64,000 nucleotides of DNA from an uncultured Dysosmobacter sp. Its GTDB lineage: Bacteria > Bacillota > Clostridia > Oscillospirales > Oscillospiraceae. The DNA lies in assembly GCA_947625655.1 (NCBI GenBank), contig CANQPD010000003.1:54259-118258 (forward strand). Direction: 5' to 3'. Positions 45,348-54,270 of the stretch are shown here, piece after piece. How positions within the stretch are numbered: position 1 is the stretch's first letter; every line of letters begins with the position of its first letter. Made by a program: the position numbers and the translations under genes. The notes below the pieces were generated by a model. The model ran no database searches, had not been told where the DNA came from, and saw only the letters and a program-made list of their open reading frames with translations.

Positions 45348-45809
45348 TCACAATGGAGCGCCTGGCTCCTCCGGCTGCTTTTCAGGCTCCCCGCCGGAAG
45401 GGAGCTCCGGGCTCTCCAGCACCAGCCGGCGGCAGCCGGCGCAGTGCCAGGCAGTCTGATAGCTGGGCAGCCCTCCCTCGTTGTCCACCTGGAAGGCCCC
45501 CTCCACCATGGAGACGCTGACCCATTTGGCCCAGCCATTCGGGCGGCCCGGCGCCCACCAGATGCCCCGGCCACCCATGAGATAGCCCGTCTCCATCTCC
45601 TTCCCGCACCAGGGGCATGGGATGGGCGGCGGAACGCTCTCCGCTTTTTTCTGCTTCCGGGCCTCGTTCCAATCCCGCAGCTCCTCCAGAAGACCCGGAG
45701 CCAGCTCCCCGGTCTCCCCGGCTTCCGCGGTCTCCTCCGGGGGACGCCGCCGTTTTTCGGGGTCAATATCCCACGGGTCCTCTCCCTTTTTCCAGAAGGG
45801 CATGGTCAT
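45348..45809 (-). CDS. hypothetical CxxC...CxxC protein
   Basis: ...IPCPWCGKEMETGYLMGGRGIWW...WHCAGCRRLVL. The start is either ATG 45809 or 45803. Confidence 0.5.
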   Translation of the reverse strand: MTMPFWKKGEDPWDIDPEKRRRPPEETAEAGETGELAPGLLEELRDWNEARKQKKAESVPPPIPCPWCGKEMETGYLMGGRGIWWAPGRPNGWAKWVSVSMVEGAFQVDNEGGLPSYQTAWHCAGCRRLVLESPELPSGGEPEKQPEEPGAPL

Positions 45810-46006
45810 TCCTCCTCCCTGTCTCCGCCCCGGATGTGGCCCCGGAAGGTGTCTCCCGTCCGCCGGGGCAAAAAGGAGATGGGCTCCGGGGTCTTTTTGC
45901 CGTGGTAATAGCACCACAGCCACTTGAGGCACCAGATGAACTTCCGCAGAAGCAGCAAAAGCAGGATCAGCAGCGCCAGCCGCAGCAGATTCAGCACTCG
46001 TTCCAT
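45806..46006 (-). CDS. possible 66-aa membrane peptide overlapping the mutY stop and the next start
   Basis: MERVLNLLRLALLILLLLLLRKFIWCLKWLW.... ATGA-type overlap with the downstream gene. Support is positional only. Confidence 0.3.
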   Translation of the reverse strand: MERVLNLLRLALLILLLLLLRKFIWCLKWLWCYYHGKKTPEPISFLPRRTGDTFRGHIRGGDREEE

Positions 46007-47103
46007 GTCTGCTCTCCCATCCGCTCCCGGGCCTCCGCGCAGTACCGGGCGAAGGCCGAGGGCACGGCGTGGGTCTCCAGACCGTCCAAATCCACCCACG
46101 CCCATTCCGCCGGGCCGTCCCCGGTGACCTCCAGGGTGTAGCCTGTCATGTGCCACTCCACATGGGTGAAGATGTGCTTGGCCGCCAGCTTGTTTCTCCA
46201 CGCCTTGGGCTCCAGCCCCCAGGCCGCCACTTGCGCCGGGGCGGTCTCCTCGGTCAAAACGCCCTCCACATTGGGGAACTCCCACAGCCCCGCCAGCAGG
46301 CCTGTCTTCGGCCGCTTCCGCAGGGCGGTTTTACCGTCCCGCAGCAGGAGGAACACGGTCCTCTCCTCCACCCGGCGGGCCCTTTTCGCCGCCTTTACCG
46401 GCAGGACCTCCGCCGTGCCCCGGAGGCGGCCCAGGCAGAAGTCCGCCGCCGGACAGAACAAACACTTCGGCGGGCCGTTGGGTGCGCAGACCGTGGCCCC
46501 TAGCTCCATGGCGGCCTGGTTGAAGACGCGGACGTCCTCCGCCCGCTCCGGCATGATGGCCTGCACCCACGCCCGGACGGCCTTCTTCGTTTTGGGATCC
46601 AGGATGTCGTCATGGCAGTCGGTGATGCGGGCCACCACCCGCAGCACATTGCCGTCCACCGCCGCCTCCCGCCGGCCAAAGGCGGCCGAGGCGATGGCGC
46701 TGGCGGTGTAGTCCCCGATCCCCGGCAGGGCCAGCAGCCCCTCATAGGTATCCGGGAAGCCGCCCCGCTCCGCCACGATCTTCGCCGCCTTTTGGAGGTT
46801 CCGGGCCCGGCTGTAATAGCCCAGGCCCTCCCACAGCTTCATCAGCCGCTCCGTGGGGGCGGCGGCCAGGTCCTCCACCGTGGGGAAGGCATCCAGAAAG
46901 CGGGCATAATAGCCCAGGACCGCCGCCACCCGGGTCTGCTGGAGCATGATCTCCGACACCCAGACGCGGTACGGGTCCTGGGTCCGCCGCCAGGGCAGGT
47001 CCCTGGCGTTCTCCCGATACCAGGCCAACAGCGGCCCCGGCAGGCGGGAGAGCACATTTTCAGTTGTCAGCTCTTGTTGTTTCATGCTATTATCATACCA
47101 CAC
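45991..47103 (-). CDS. mutY: A/G-specific adenine DNA glycosylase
   Basis: ...LLAWYRENARDLPWRRTQDPYRVWVSEIMLQQTRV..., ...GLGYYSRARNL..., ...LPGIGDYTASAI..., 4Fe-4S cluster CxxxxxxCxxCxxxxxC, NUDIX-like C-terminal domain. The start is GTG 47103 or ATG 47085. Confidence 0.85.
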   Translation of the reverse strand: MWYDNSMKQQELTTENVLSRLPGPLLAWYRENARDLPWRRTQDPYRVWVSEIMLQQTRVAAVLGYYARFLDAFPTVEDLAAAPTERLMKLWEGLGYYSRARNLQKAAKIVAERGGFPDTYEGLLALPGIGDYTASAIASAAFGRREAAVDGNVLRVVARITDCHDDILDPKTKKAVRAWVQAIMPERAEDVRVFNQAAMELGATVCAPNGPPKCLFCPAADFCLGRLRGTAEVLPVKAAKRARRVEERTVFLLLRDGKTALRKRPKTGLLAGLWEFPNVEGVLTEETAPAQVAAWGLEPKAWRNKLAAKHIFTHVEWHMTGYTLEVTGDGPAEWAWVDLDGLETHAVPSAFARYCAEARERMGEQTWNEC

Positions 47104-47149
47104 GGCGGGGCCTCTTCCCAGCCCCCGCGAAATTTTTTTGAGAAAAGGC

Positions 47150-47180
47150 TTGACCTTCCCCCTGCTGGAAGGTATACGAT
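47150..47180 (+). promoter_or_regulatory. MerR-type promoter: TTGACC, 19-nt spacer containing the inverted repeat ACCTTCC-N7-GGAAGGT, then TACGAT
   Basis: Read directly. A 19-nt spacer with a dyad inside it is the established hallmark of MerR-family-controlled promoters. Confidence 0.55.
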
Positions 47181-47204
47181 AACTCCAGAAACGAGGTGAG
47201 CCCC

Positions 47205-47855
47205 ATGAAGATCAACGAGGTGGAGGCCCTGGTGGGCATCACGAAAAAGAACATCCGCTTCTATGAGGCCGAGGGCCTGCTGGCCCCCCGGCGGAACAGC
47301 GAAAACGGCTACCGGGACTACGGCGAGGCGGAGGTGGAGACCCTGCGGCGGATCAAGCTGCTGCGGAAGCTGGGCGTGCCGCTGGAGGAGATCCGCAGGA
47401 TGCAGAGCGGGACCCACACCGTGGGGGACGGCATGCGCCGCCACCTCATCACCCTGGAGCGGGACCGGGAGAACCTGGAGCAGTCCATCCGCCTGTGCGG
47501 CGAGCTGACCGGCTGCTGGGAGCGGCTGGGCGATCTGGACGCCGGGGCCATCCTGGCGGAGATGGAGGCCATGGAGCACTCCGGCGCGGCCTTCCCGGAC
47601 AAGCAGCGTCAGGACATCCGGATCCGGTATGTGGCCCCGGTGGTCATCACGCTGCTGACAGTGGCGCTGATGGCGGCCCTGGCGGCTCTTATTATCTGGG
47701 GCAGCCTGCTGGATCCCATGGAGGCGCCGCCCCTCGTTTTGCTGCTGGTGCTGGCCGCCCTGCCCCTGCTGGTGGCCGGCGGCGTGCTGCTGGCCCTGTT
47801 CCAGCGGATCCGGGAGATCGGGAAAGGAGAGATCGATGATGCGCGGCAATTCTGA
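47205..47855 (+). CDS. MerR family regulator fused to a 2-TM C-terminal module
   Basis: MKINEVEALVGITKKNIRFYEAEGLLAPRRNSENGYRDYGEAEVETLRRIKLLRKLG. Two TM segments, then the tail LALFQRIREIGKGEIDDARQF. Confidence 0.8.
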   Translation: MKINEVEALVGITKKNIRFYEAEGLLAPRRNSENGYRDYGEAEVETLRRIKLLRKLGVPLEEIRRMQSGTHTVGDGMRRHLITLERDRENLEQSIRLCGELTGCWERLGDLDAGAILAEMEAMEHSGAAFPDKQRQDIRIRYVAPVVITLLTVALMAALAALIIWGSLLDPMEAPPLVLLLVLAALPLLVAGGVLLALFQRIREIGKGEIDDARQF

Positions 47856-48096
47856 GAAACGGAAAAAGCGGGCCGCCCCGCTGGCCTGCGCCGCCCTGGC
47901 GGCGGCGTTTCTGGGGCTGCTCCTGGCGGCGCTGCTGCTGTTGCTGCCGGAGGCGGGCGGAGACGCGTCCGTCCTGATCATCCTGGCGCTGTACGCCGTG
48001 GTGGTGCTGGCCATGATCGGCGGCGTGCTGCTGGCCCTGGGCCAGCGGCTGCGGGAGATCGAAGGAGGCGAGGAAGAGGATGCCCGAAAGTATTGA
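47836..48096 (+). CDS. 2-TM protein paralogous to the MerR C-terminal module
   Basis: 86 aa: basic N-terminus, two TM segments, tail LALGQRLREIEGGEEEDARKY. Its start lies inside the MerR tail codons. Confidence 0.55.
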   Translation: MMRGNSEKRKKRAAPLACAALAAAFLGLLLAALLLLLPEAGGDASVLIILALYAVVVLAMIGGVLLALGQRLREIEGGEEEDARKY

Positions 48097-48343
48097 GGCC
48101 CGCCGCGCCCGGCGGAAGCGGGAGGCGGTGCGGGGCGTGGTGCTGTTCGGATTGCTGCAGCTGGCCTGCGCCGTGTGCTTTGCCTCGCTGTGCTTCATTC
48201 CGGGGCTGCCGGGGTGGGCCGTTGTGCTGTTCGCGGTGCTGGCGCTTCTCTGCGCGGCGCCGCTGGCGTTTTCCCTGGTGACTTTAAAACAGAGATTTCG
48301 TGAAATTGAAGGAGGAGAATTAGATGCTGCTGCTGAATATTGA
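48080..48343 (+). CDS. 2-TM protein, third copy of the module
   Basis: 87 aa: basic N-terminus, two TM segments, tail LVTLKQRFREIEGGELDAAAEY. Confidence 0.55.
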   Translation: MPESIEARRARRKREAVRGVVLFGLLQLACAVCFASLCFIPGLPGWAVVLFAVLALLCAAPLAFSLVTLKQRFREIEGGELDAAAEY

Positions 48344-48635
48344 CTACATTCCCGGAAAGGAACTGGAGGCCCTGGGCATCGTAAAGGGCACGGTGGTCCA
48401 GTCCAAAAACTTCGGCAAGGACTTTATGGCCGGCATGAAGACCCTGGTGGGCGGCGAGATCACCGGCTACACCGAGATGCTGAACGAGGCCCGCCAGATC
48501 GCCACCAAGCGGATGGTGGACGAGGCCGCCGCCCTGGGGGCCGACGCCGTCATCAACATCCGTTACGGCTCCTCTGCCGTGATGCAGGGCGCCGCAGAGG
48601 TCATCGCCTACGGCACGGCGGTGAAATTCCGGTGA
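48324..48635 (+). CDS. YbjQ (UPF0145) family heavy-metal-binding-domain protein
   Basis: 103 aa: ...GIVKGTVVQSKNFGKDFMAGMKTLVGGEITGYTEMLNEARQIA...GADAVINIRY. Confidence 0.85.
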   Translation: MLLLNIDYIPGKELEALGIVKGTVVQSKNFGKDFMAGMKTLVGGEITGYTEMLNEARQIATKRMVDEAAALGADAVINIRYGSSAVMQGAAEVIAYGTAVKFR

Positions 48636-49348
48636 TGCGCGTCACATTCCTGGATCACAGCGGCTTTCTCATTGAGCTGCCGTCTGTGACGCTGCTGTTC
48701 GACTGGTGGAAGGGGGAACTCCCGGCCCTGCGGCCGGGGGTCCCCCTGCTGGTCTTTGCCAGCCATCACCACGAGGATCACTTCAAGCCGGAGATTTTCG
48801 CCCTGGACGACGGCGCCCGGGAGGTGCGCTTCCTGCTGGGAAAGGACATCCGGCTGTCGCCCCGGAACCGGGCGCGGTGGGGCGTCTCCGGCGAGACCGC
48901 CGCAAGGTGCTTGACGCTGGGCGGCAACGAGACGGCGTCCCCCCTGCCGGGGGTGACGGTGGAGGCCCTGCCCTCCACCGACGAGGGCGCGGCCTTTCTG
49001 GTGACGGCGGAGGGGCGGGCTGTCTTCCACGCAGGAGATCTGAACTGGTGGCACTGGGAGGGGGAGGACAAGGCCTGGAACCGGAACATGGAGGTCAATT
49101 TCAAGCGGTACACGGAGCCTCTCCGGGGGCGGCGCATGGACCTTGCCATGCTGCCCCTGGACCCCCGGCTGGGGGAGCCGGGCTTCTGGGGTCCCCGGTA
49201 CTTTTTGGAGCTGGCGGACATCGAACGCTTCCTCCCCATGCACCAGTGGGGCGATTTCGGCTTTACAGAAAAGTTTTTGGCCCAATACCCCCAGTTTACC
49301 CCCCAGACTGTGCCCGTGACAGGCCGGGGGCAGTCCTTTGACTTTTGA
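48635..49348 (+). CDS. MBL-fold metallo-hydrolase
   Basis: ...VFASHHHEDHF (HxHxDH)..., ...FHAGDL.... The ATG overlaps the ybjQ-family TGA (TGATG). Confidence 0.75.
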   Translation: MRVTFLDHSGFLIELPSVTLLFDWWKGELPALRPGVPLLVFASHHHEDHFKPEIFALDDGAREVRFLLGKDIRLSPRNRARWGVSGETAARCLTLGGNETASPLPGVTVEALPSTDEGAAFLVTAEGRAVFHAGDLNWWHWEGEDKAWNRNMEVNFKRYTEPLRGRRMDLAMLPLDPRLGEPGFWGPRYFLELADIERFLPMHQWGDFGFTEKFLAQYPQFTPQTVPVTGRGQSFDF

Positions 49349-49367
49349 ACACCGAAGGAGAGAGAAC

Positions 49368-49667
49368 ATGCAGATCGACGGCAACGAGCTGGCCATCCGG
49401 CAGAACGACCTGGACCGGGCGGGCCGCCACGAGGAGGCCATGGCCATCAAGCGGGAATTTTTGAAGCAGGTCCGGGAGAGCGGCGACCACTGCCCCTGCC
49501 AGGAGGCCTGCCCCCACCACGGCAACTGCTTTGAGTGCGTGACGCTGCACCGGGGCCACCGGGACCACCTGCCCATGTGCCTGTGGGACATGGTGAACGA
49601 GCGGCTTTACAAGCTGTCCCTGATGACGGAGGGGACCCTGCGCACCTACGAGGACGAGCACGCCTGA
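49368..49667 (+). CDS. small Cys/His-rich protein
   Basis: ...SGDHCPCQEACPHHGNCFECVTLHRGHRDHLPMC.... GAAGGAG lies 7 nt before ATG 49368. Confidence 0.55.
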   Translation: MQIDGNELAIRQNDLDRAGRHEEAMAIKREFLKQVRESGDHCPCQEACPHHGNCFECVTLHRGHRDHLPMCLWDMVNERLYKLSLMTEGTLRTYEDEHA

Positions 49668-49708
49668 GCAGGCGAGAGCGCGGATGCACCGGCATCCGCG
49701 CTCTTTCC

Positions 49709-51097
49709 TTATCCCAGCACCACGCCGATGACCAGAAACGCCATGGTCAGCAGCAGGAAATACAAAATCAGCTTCCAGACATATTTGACCCAGCGGTCAT
49801 AGGGCACATGGCCCAGGGCCAGGGCGCCCATCACCACCGCCGCCGTGGGGGTGATGATGTTCACCAGGCCCGAGGCGGACTGGAAGGCCGTCACCACCAG
49901 GTCGCCGCCCACCCCCGCGAACTGCCCCAGGGGCGCCATGATGGGCACCGACAGCGTGGCAAGGCCGGAGGAGGACGGGATCAGGATGGTCAGGGGCAGA
50001 TAGATGAGATACACCAGCAGCACGAAGCTGACGGGTCCCGCGCCGGACAGCGCCTCCTCGCCCCAGTGAAGCACGGTGTCGGTGATCTGGCCGTCGTTCA
50101 TCAGCACGGTGATGCCCCGGCTGATGCCGATGATGAACGCCACGCCCAGCAGGTCCGCGCAGCCCGCCACGAAGGTTTCGGCGATCTCGTCCTCCCGCTG
50201 GCCGTCGATGAGGCCGATGACGACGCCGCCCACCAGGAACAGGGCGGACAGCTCCGGGAACCACCAGCCCAGGGCCGGCAGCGGCAGGCCCATCTCGTCA
50301 AAGGGGATGACGGCGTAGATCATGATGAGGAAGGTCAGGGTGAACAGCGCCAGGATGACCTTGCGCTTGGGGGTGAAGGGCACGGCCTCGTCCATGGTGA
50401 CCTGGAGCCTGCCCGCGCCCACACCCACCACGGATTTGGAGGGGTTTTTCTTCACCTTGGCGGCGTAGGCCATCACGAACCAGATGGCGGCGCTCTCAAA
50501 CACCACCCACTGGATGACGCGGAGCAAAATGCCCTCCCCCAGGGACACGCCGGCAAAGCCCGCCGCGATGCCCGTTGCAAAGGGATTCACCGTGGAGCTG
50601 ATGACGCCGGCGCCGGCCCCCAGCAGGATCACGGAGATGCCCACCACCGCGTCATACCCCGCCGCCAGGAACACGGGGATCAGCAGCGGATAGAAGGCCA
50701 TGGTCTCCTCCCACATGCCGTAGGTGGTGCCGCCCAGGCCGAACAGCAGCATCAGGATGGGGATGAGCCATTTCTCCTGGCCGTCCAGCAGGCGGATGGT
50801 GTCGCTGACGCCGGCGTCCACCGCGCCGGTCTTCATCACCACCCCCAAAAAGCCGCCCACCATCAGGATGAACACGCAGACATCCACGGCGTCATAAAAG
50901 CCGGAAAAGGCGGCCTTCAGCACGTCGCCCACTCCCTGGGGGTTGGGCGCCACTTCATGATACGTCCCCGCCGCCGGCACGCCGTCCACGTATTCATAGG
51001 CTCCCGCCGGGATGATCCAGGTGGCAACGGCCACCAGGATGATGAGCAGGAACAATATCGTGTACGCCGTGGGCATGCGGAACTTGGGTTTTTCCAA
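49709..51097 (-). CDS. YfcC/DcuC-type anion permease, likely arginine/ornithine antiporter of the ADI pathway
   Basis: 462 aa, polytopic: ...MPTAYTILFLLIILVAVATWIIPAG..., ...GGTTYGMWEETMAFYPLLIP.... Lies immediately downstream of arcB. Confidence 0.75.
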   Translation of the reverse strand: MEKPKFRMPTAYTILFLLIILVAVATWIIPAGAYEYVDGVPAAGTYHEVAPNPQGVGDVLKAAFSGFYDAVDVCVFILMVGGFLGVVMKTGAVDAGVSDTIRLLDGQEKWLIPILMLLFGLGGTTYGMWEETMAFYPLLIPVFLAAGYDAVVGISVILLGAGAGVISSTVNPFATGIAAGFAGVSLGEGILLRVIQWVVFESAAIWFVMAYAAKVKKNPSKSVVGVGAGRLQVTMDEAVPFTPKRKVILALFTLTFLIMIYAVIPFDEMGLPLPALGWWFPELSALFLVGGVVIGLIDGQREDEIAETFVAGCADLLGVAFIIGISRGITVLMNDGQITDTVLHWGEEALSGAGPVSFVLLVYLIYLPLTILIPSSSGLATLSVPIMAPLGQFAGVGGDLVVTAFQSASGLVNIITPTAAVVMGALALGHVPYDRWVKYVWKLILYFLLLTMAFLVIGVVLG

Positions 51098-51115
51098 AGG
51101 GAACGCCCCCTTTTC

Positions 51116-52114
51116 TCACTTGCCGATGGTGGCCACCATGACGGCCTTGATGGAGTGCATGCGGTTCTCCGCCTCGTCGAAGACCACGGAGTGCTTGCCC
51201 CGGAACACCTCGTCGGTGACCTCCCGGATGTCCACGCCCTTGTCCTGCCACTCTTTTGCCAGCTTCGTCTCAAAGTCGTGGAAGGAGGGCAGGCAGTGCA
51301 TATACAGCACGTTGGGGTTGCCGGTGGCCTCCAGCACCTCCTCCGTCACCCGGTAGGGGGAGAGGAGCTTGGCCCGGTCGGGGATCAGGGCCTCCTCGCC
51401 CATGGAGGCCCAGATGTCGCCGTAGATGACGTCGGCGTCCTTGACGTCCTTCATGCTGTCGGTGATCTCGATGAGGCCGCCGTTCTCCCGGGCGGTGGCG
51501 AAGGTGGACTTGACGATCTCCGGGTCCATCTGCTTGGCCAGCTCCGCGGGGCCGATGCCCACAAAGTGCATGCCCATCTTGGCCGCGCCGATCATCCAGG
51601 CGTAGCACATGTTGTTCCGCACGTCGCCGGGGAACACCACCTTCACCTGGTTCAGCGGCTTGTTGACGTGCTCTTCAATGGTCATCATGTCCGCCAGGAT
51701 CTGGGTGGGGTGGTCGGCGTCGGTCAGGCCGTTCCACACGGGGACGCCGGCGTACTTCGCCAGGTCCTCCACCGCCTTTTGCTCATAGCCTCGGTACTCG
51801 ATGCCGTCGAAGAAGCGGCCCAGCACCTTGGCGGAGTCCTCCAGGGACTCCTTTTTGCCCATCTGGGAGCTGTTCGCGTCCAGATAGGTGACGCTGGCCC
51901 CCTCCTGGGTGGCCGCCACCTCGAAGGAGCAGCGGGTGCGGGTGGAGGTCTTTTCAAACAGCAGCACGATGTGCTTGCCCTTCATGGTGGGATCGCAGAT
52001 GCCCGCCCGGCGCTTGGCCTTCAGGTCGTGGCCCAGGTCCAGCAGGTAACGGATCTCCGCGGGGGTAAAGTCTGCCAGAGTCAGGAAGCTCCGGCCTTTC
52101 AGATTGACTGCCAT
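51116..52114 (-). CDS. arcB: ornithine carbamoyltransferase
   Basis: 332 aa: ...FEKTSTRTRCSFE..., ...HPTQILAD..., ...HCLPSF.... Confidence 0.9.
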   Translation of the reverse strand: MAVNLKGRSFLTLADFTPAEIRYLLDLGHDLKAKRRAGICDPTMKGKHIVLLFEKTSTRTRCSFEVAATQEGASVTYLDANSSQMGKKESLEDSAKVLGRFFDGIEYRGYEQKAVEDLAKYAGVPVWNGLTDADHPTQILADMMTIEEHVNKPLNQVKVVFPGDVRNNMCYAWMIGAAKMGMHFVGIGPAELAKQMDPEIVKSTFATARENGGLIEITDSMKDVKDADVIYGDIWASMGEEALIPDRAKLLSPYRVTEEVLEATGNPNVLYMHCLPSFHDFETKLAKEWQDKGVDIREVTDEVFRGKHSVVFDEAENRMHSIKAVMVATIGK

Positions 52115-53046
52115 AGTTCAGGTCTCCTTTTCAATATGATGACATATCTTCTTTCCCCTTGTTGGGGGGGAACGGGGGGATGCACCCCCCATTCTCTTTT
52201 TGAGATATCAAAAAGAGAATGGGCCGTGCACGGTCCAAGAGAAAAACCGCTTTGCAGCCAGAAATTTCCCCTGTTCGGGGAAATTTGGCCTGTGCGCGGG
52301 AGGCCGTGCGGATCGGGCTTGGCATAAACTTGCAAGGCTTCATCCGGCTGCGCTATACGCCGGCATTCGGTAGGGCGTTCAAGCCGCAATTTGGGACGCT
52401 AGGTGCAGGCCTGTGGGTGCTTGTCGCAAGGGCTTCTGCACCTAGCCCCGCTGCCGCTGCGCTGGCTTATTATCCTGCGTCGGCACCGTAGGGCGGGACG
52501 ACCCCGGCCCGCCCTGCGGCAAATCCTCCGCCAACTTTCTTGTTTACAAAAAACCTCGTAGGGGCGGATAATATCCGCCCGGTTTCCGCAAGCGCCTACG
52601 TCTCGGGCGGATACTATCCGCCCCTACAACATCTCTGCATCATATTTCCCACGGGGTGCATAGCGAAGCGGAATGCACGGGTGGGATGATTCGGCCCTTG
52701 CGTCGCCCTCCCACAAATCCGCCCCCAACGTCCCAATTGCGGCGGCAGGCCGATGTGGGCAGAGCGGCCCTTGCCTATGCCGCATCTGGGGCGTGGAGGG
52801 GTGATTCGGGGTGCTCATCGCAAGGGCTTGCGCCTCTGGCCCCGCTGACGCTGCGCTGGCAATTCACACATGGTACAGGGCGGATGTAGGCATCCGCCCC
52901 CACAAAGTTGGAGGACTTCCGTAGGGCGGGGCGCCCCCTTGTGCCCCGAATGGGGTACGCCCGCCGTGCTTTTGCGGACCGCCCTGTTTCAGCAAATGCC
53001 TGCGTTCAGGCCGATGCCCTGTATCTCGAATGGGATGCCAGGGACT
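52115..53046. repeat. ~0.93 kb non-coding field of GC-rich REP-like palindromic units between arcA and arcB
   Basis: Units include GCACCCCCCATT-hairpin-GGGCCGTGCACGGTC, GTAGGGGCGGATAATATCCGCCC / GGGCGGATACTATCCGCCCCTAC, CGTAGGGCGGG...CCCGCCC and CATCCGGCTGCGCT...GTTCAAGCCGCA. Several recur at 54300-55460. Confidence 0.8.
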
Positions 53047-54270
53047 TTACGGGTCCTCCCGCCACAGCGGCATCGACATGCACCGGGGGCCGCCCCGGCC
53101 CCGGCTCAGCTCCGCGCTGGGGATGGTGTGGATGCGGATGCCCGCCTCCTCCAGGGAGCGGTTGGTGACGTAGTTCCGGGAGTACACCACCACTTCCCCC
53201 GGGCCGATGGCCAGGGTGTTGCTGCCGTCGCTCCACTGCTCCCGGGCTGCGTCGATCTCGCTGCCCTGGCCGCAGGGGATCAGGGTCACACGGTCCAGGT
53301 TCAGGTGCTCCTTCAAAATGTCCTCCAGCCGCCCGTCCTCCTGGCGGATCTTCATTTTCCGGTTCTCGTCCAGCTCCATGACAAACACCGTCATGCTGGA
53401 GAGGATGTTGGGGTGGACGGTGAACTTGTCCCGGTCCACCATGGTGAACACCGTGTCCAGGTGCATGAAGGAGCGGGTCTTGGGGATGTTGAAGGCCAGG
53501 ACCTTTTTGAAGCTCCCGTCATAGGAGAGCACCGCCTCCGCCAGGGTGTCGATGGACTCCTCCCTCGTCCGCTGGGAGATGCCCACCGCCAGCACCTGGG
53601 GGCTGAGGACCAGGATGTCGCCGCCCTCCAGGGAGGAGGTCTCCCCCCGGTCATACCAGCGGGGAGCGTGCATATACGCCGGGTTGTGCTCAAAGATGAA
53701 CTTGCCGAACAGCGTCTCCCGGTTGCGGGTGGCGGTGTGCATCTTGTGGATGGACACGCCGGTGCCGATGGTGGCAAAGGGGTCCCGGGTGAAATACAGG
53801 TTGGGCATGGGGTCCACGGCGAAGGGATAGCCGTCCTCCGCCGCCGAGAGGTAGTCCCCCAGCCTGCCGCTCCGGGCGCGGAGCTGGTCCTTGCGGACAC
53901 CGGCCATCATGGCGGCCACCATCTCCTTGTCCGGCATTTTCCCCAGGTACTCCTCCAGCAGCCCCCGGGTGCGGTCGTCCTTCACGCCGGACTCGTCCAG
54001 GAACTGGCGAATCAGATCCTGGCGTACCTCGCTGCTGGTCAGGGAATTGACCACCAGGTCCGTCAGGTACACCACCTCCACCCCCTGGCTGCGCAGGCAG
54101 TCGGCAAAGGCATCGTGTTCCCGCTGGGCCTCCCGCAGATAGGGGATGTCGTCAAACAGCAGCCGCTCCAGATATTCGGGCATCAGGTTTTCCAGCTCCT
54201 CGCCGGGGCGGTGCAGCATGACTTTTTTCAGCCGCCCGATCTCGGAGGTATTATGGATTCCGGTTTCCAA
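53047..54270 (-). CDS. arcA: arginine deiminase
   Basis: 407 aa: ...[21 protein letters not shown]..., ...FTRDP..., C-terminal ...[10 protein letters not shown] (catalytic Cys). Confidence 0.9.
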   Translation of the reverse strand: METGIHNTSEIGRLKKVMLHRPGEELENLMPEYLERLLFDDIPYLREAQREHDAFADCLRSQGVEVVYLTDLVVNSLTSSEVRQDLIRQFLDESGVKDDRTRGLLEEYLGKMPDKEMVAAMMAGVRKDQLRARSGRLGDYLSAAEDGYPFAVDPMPNLYFTRDPFATIGTGVSIHKMHTATRNRETLFGKFIFEHNPAYMHAPRWYDRGETSSLEGGDILVLSPQVLAVGISQRTREESIDTLAEAVLSYDGSFKKVLAFNIPKTRSFMHLDTVFTMVDRDKFTVHPNILSSMTVFVMELDENRKMKIRQEDGRLEDILKEHLNLDRVTLIPCGQGSEIDAAREQWSDGSNTLAIGPGEVVVYSRNYVTNRSLEEAGIRIHTIPSAELSRGRGGPRCMSMPLWREDP

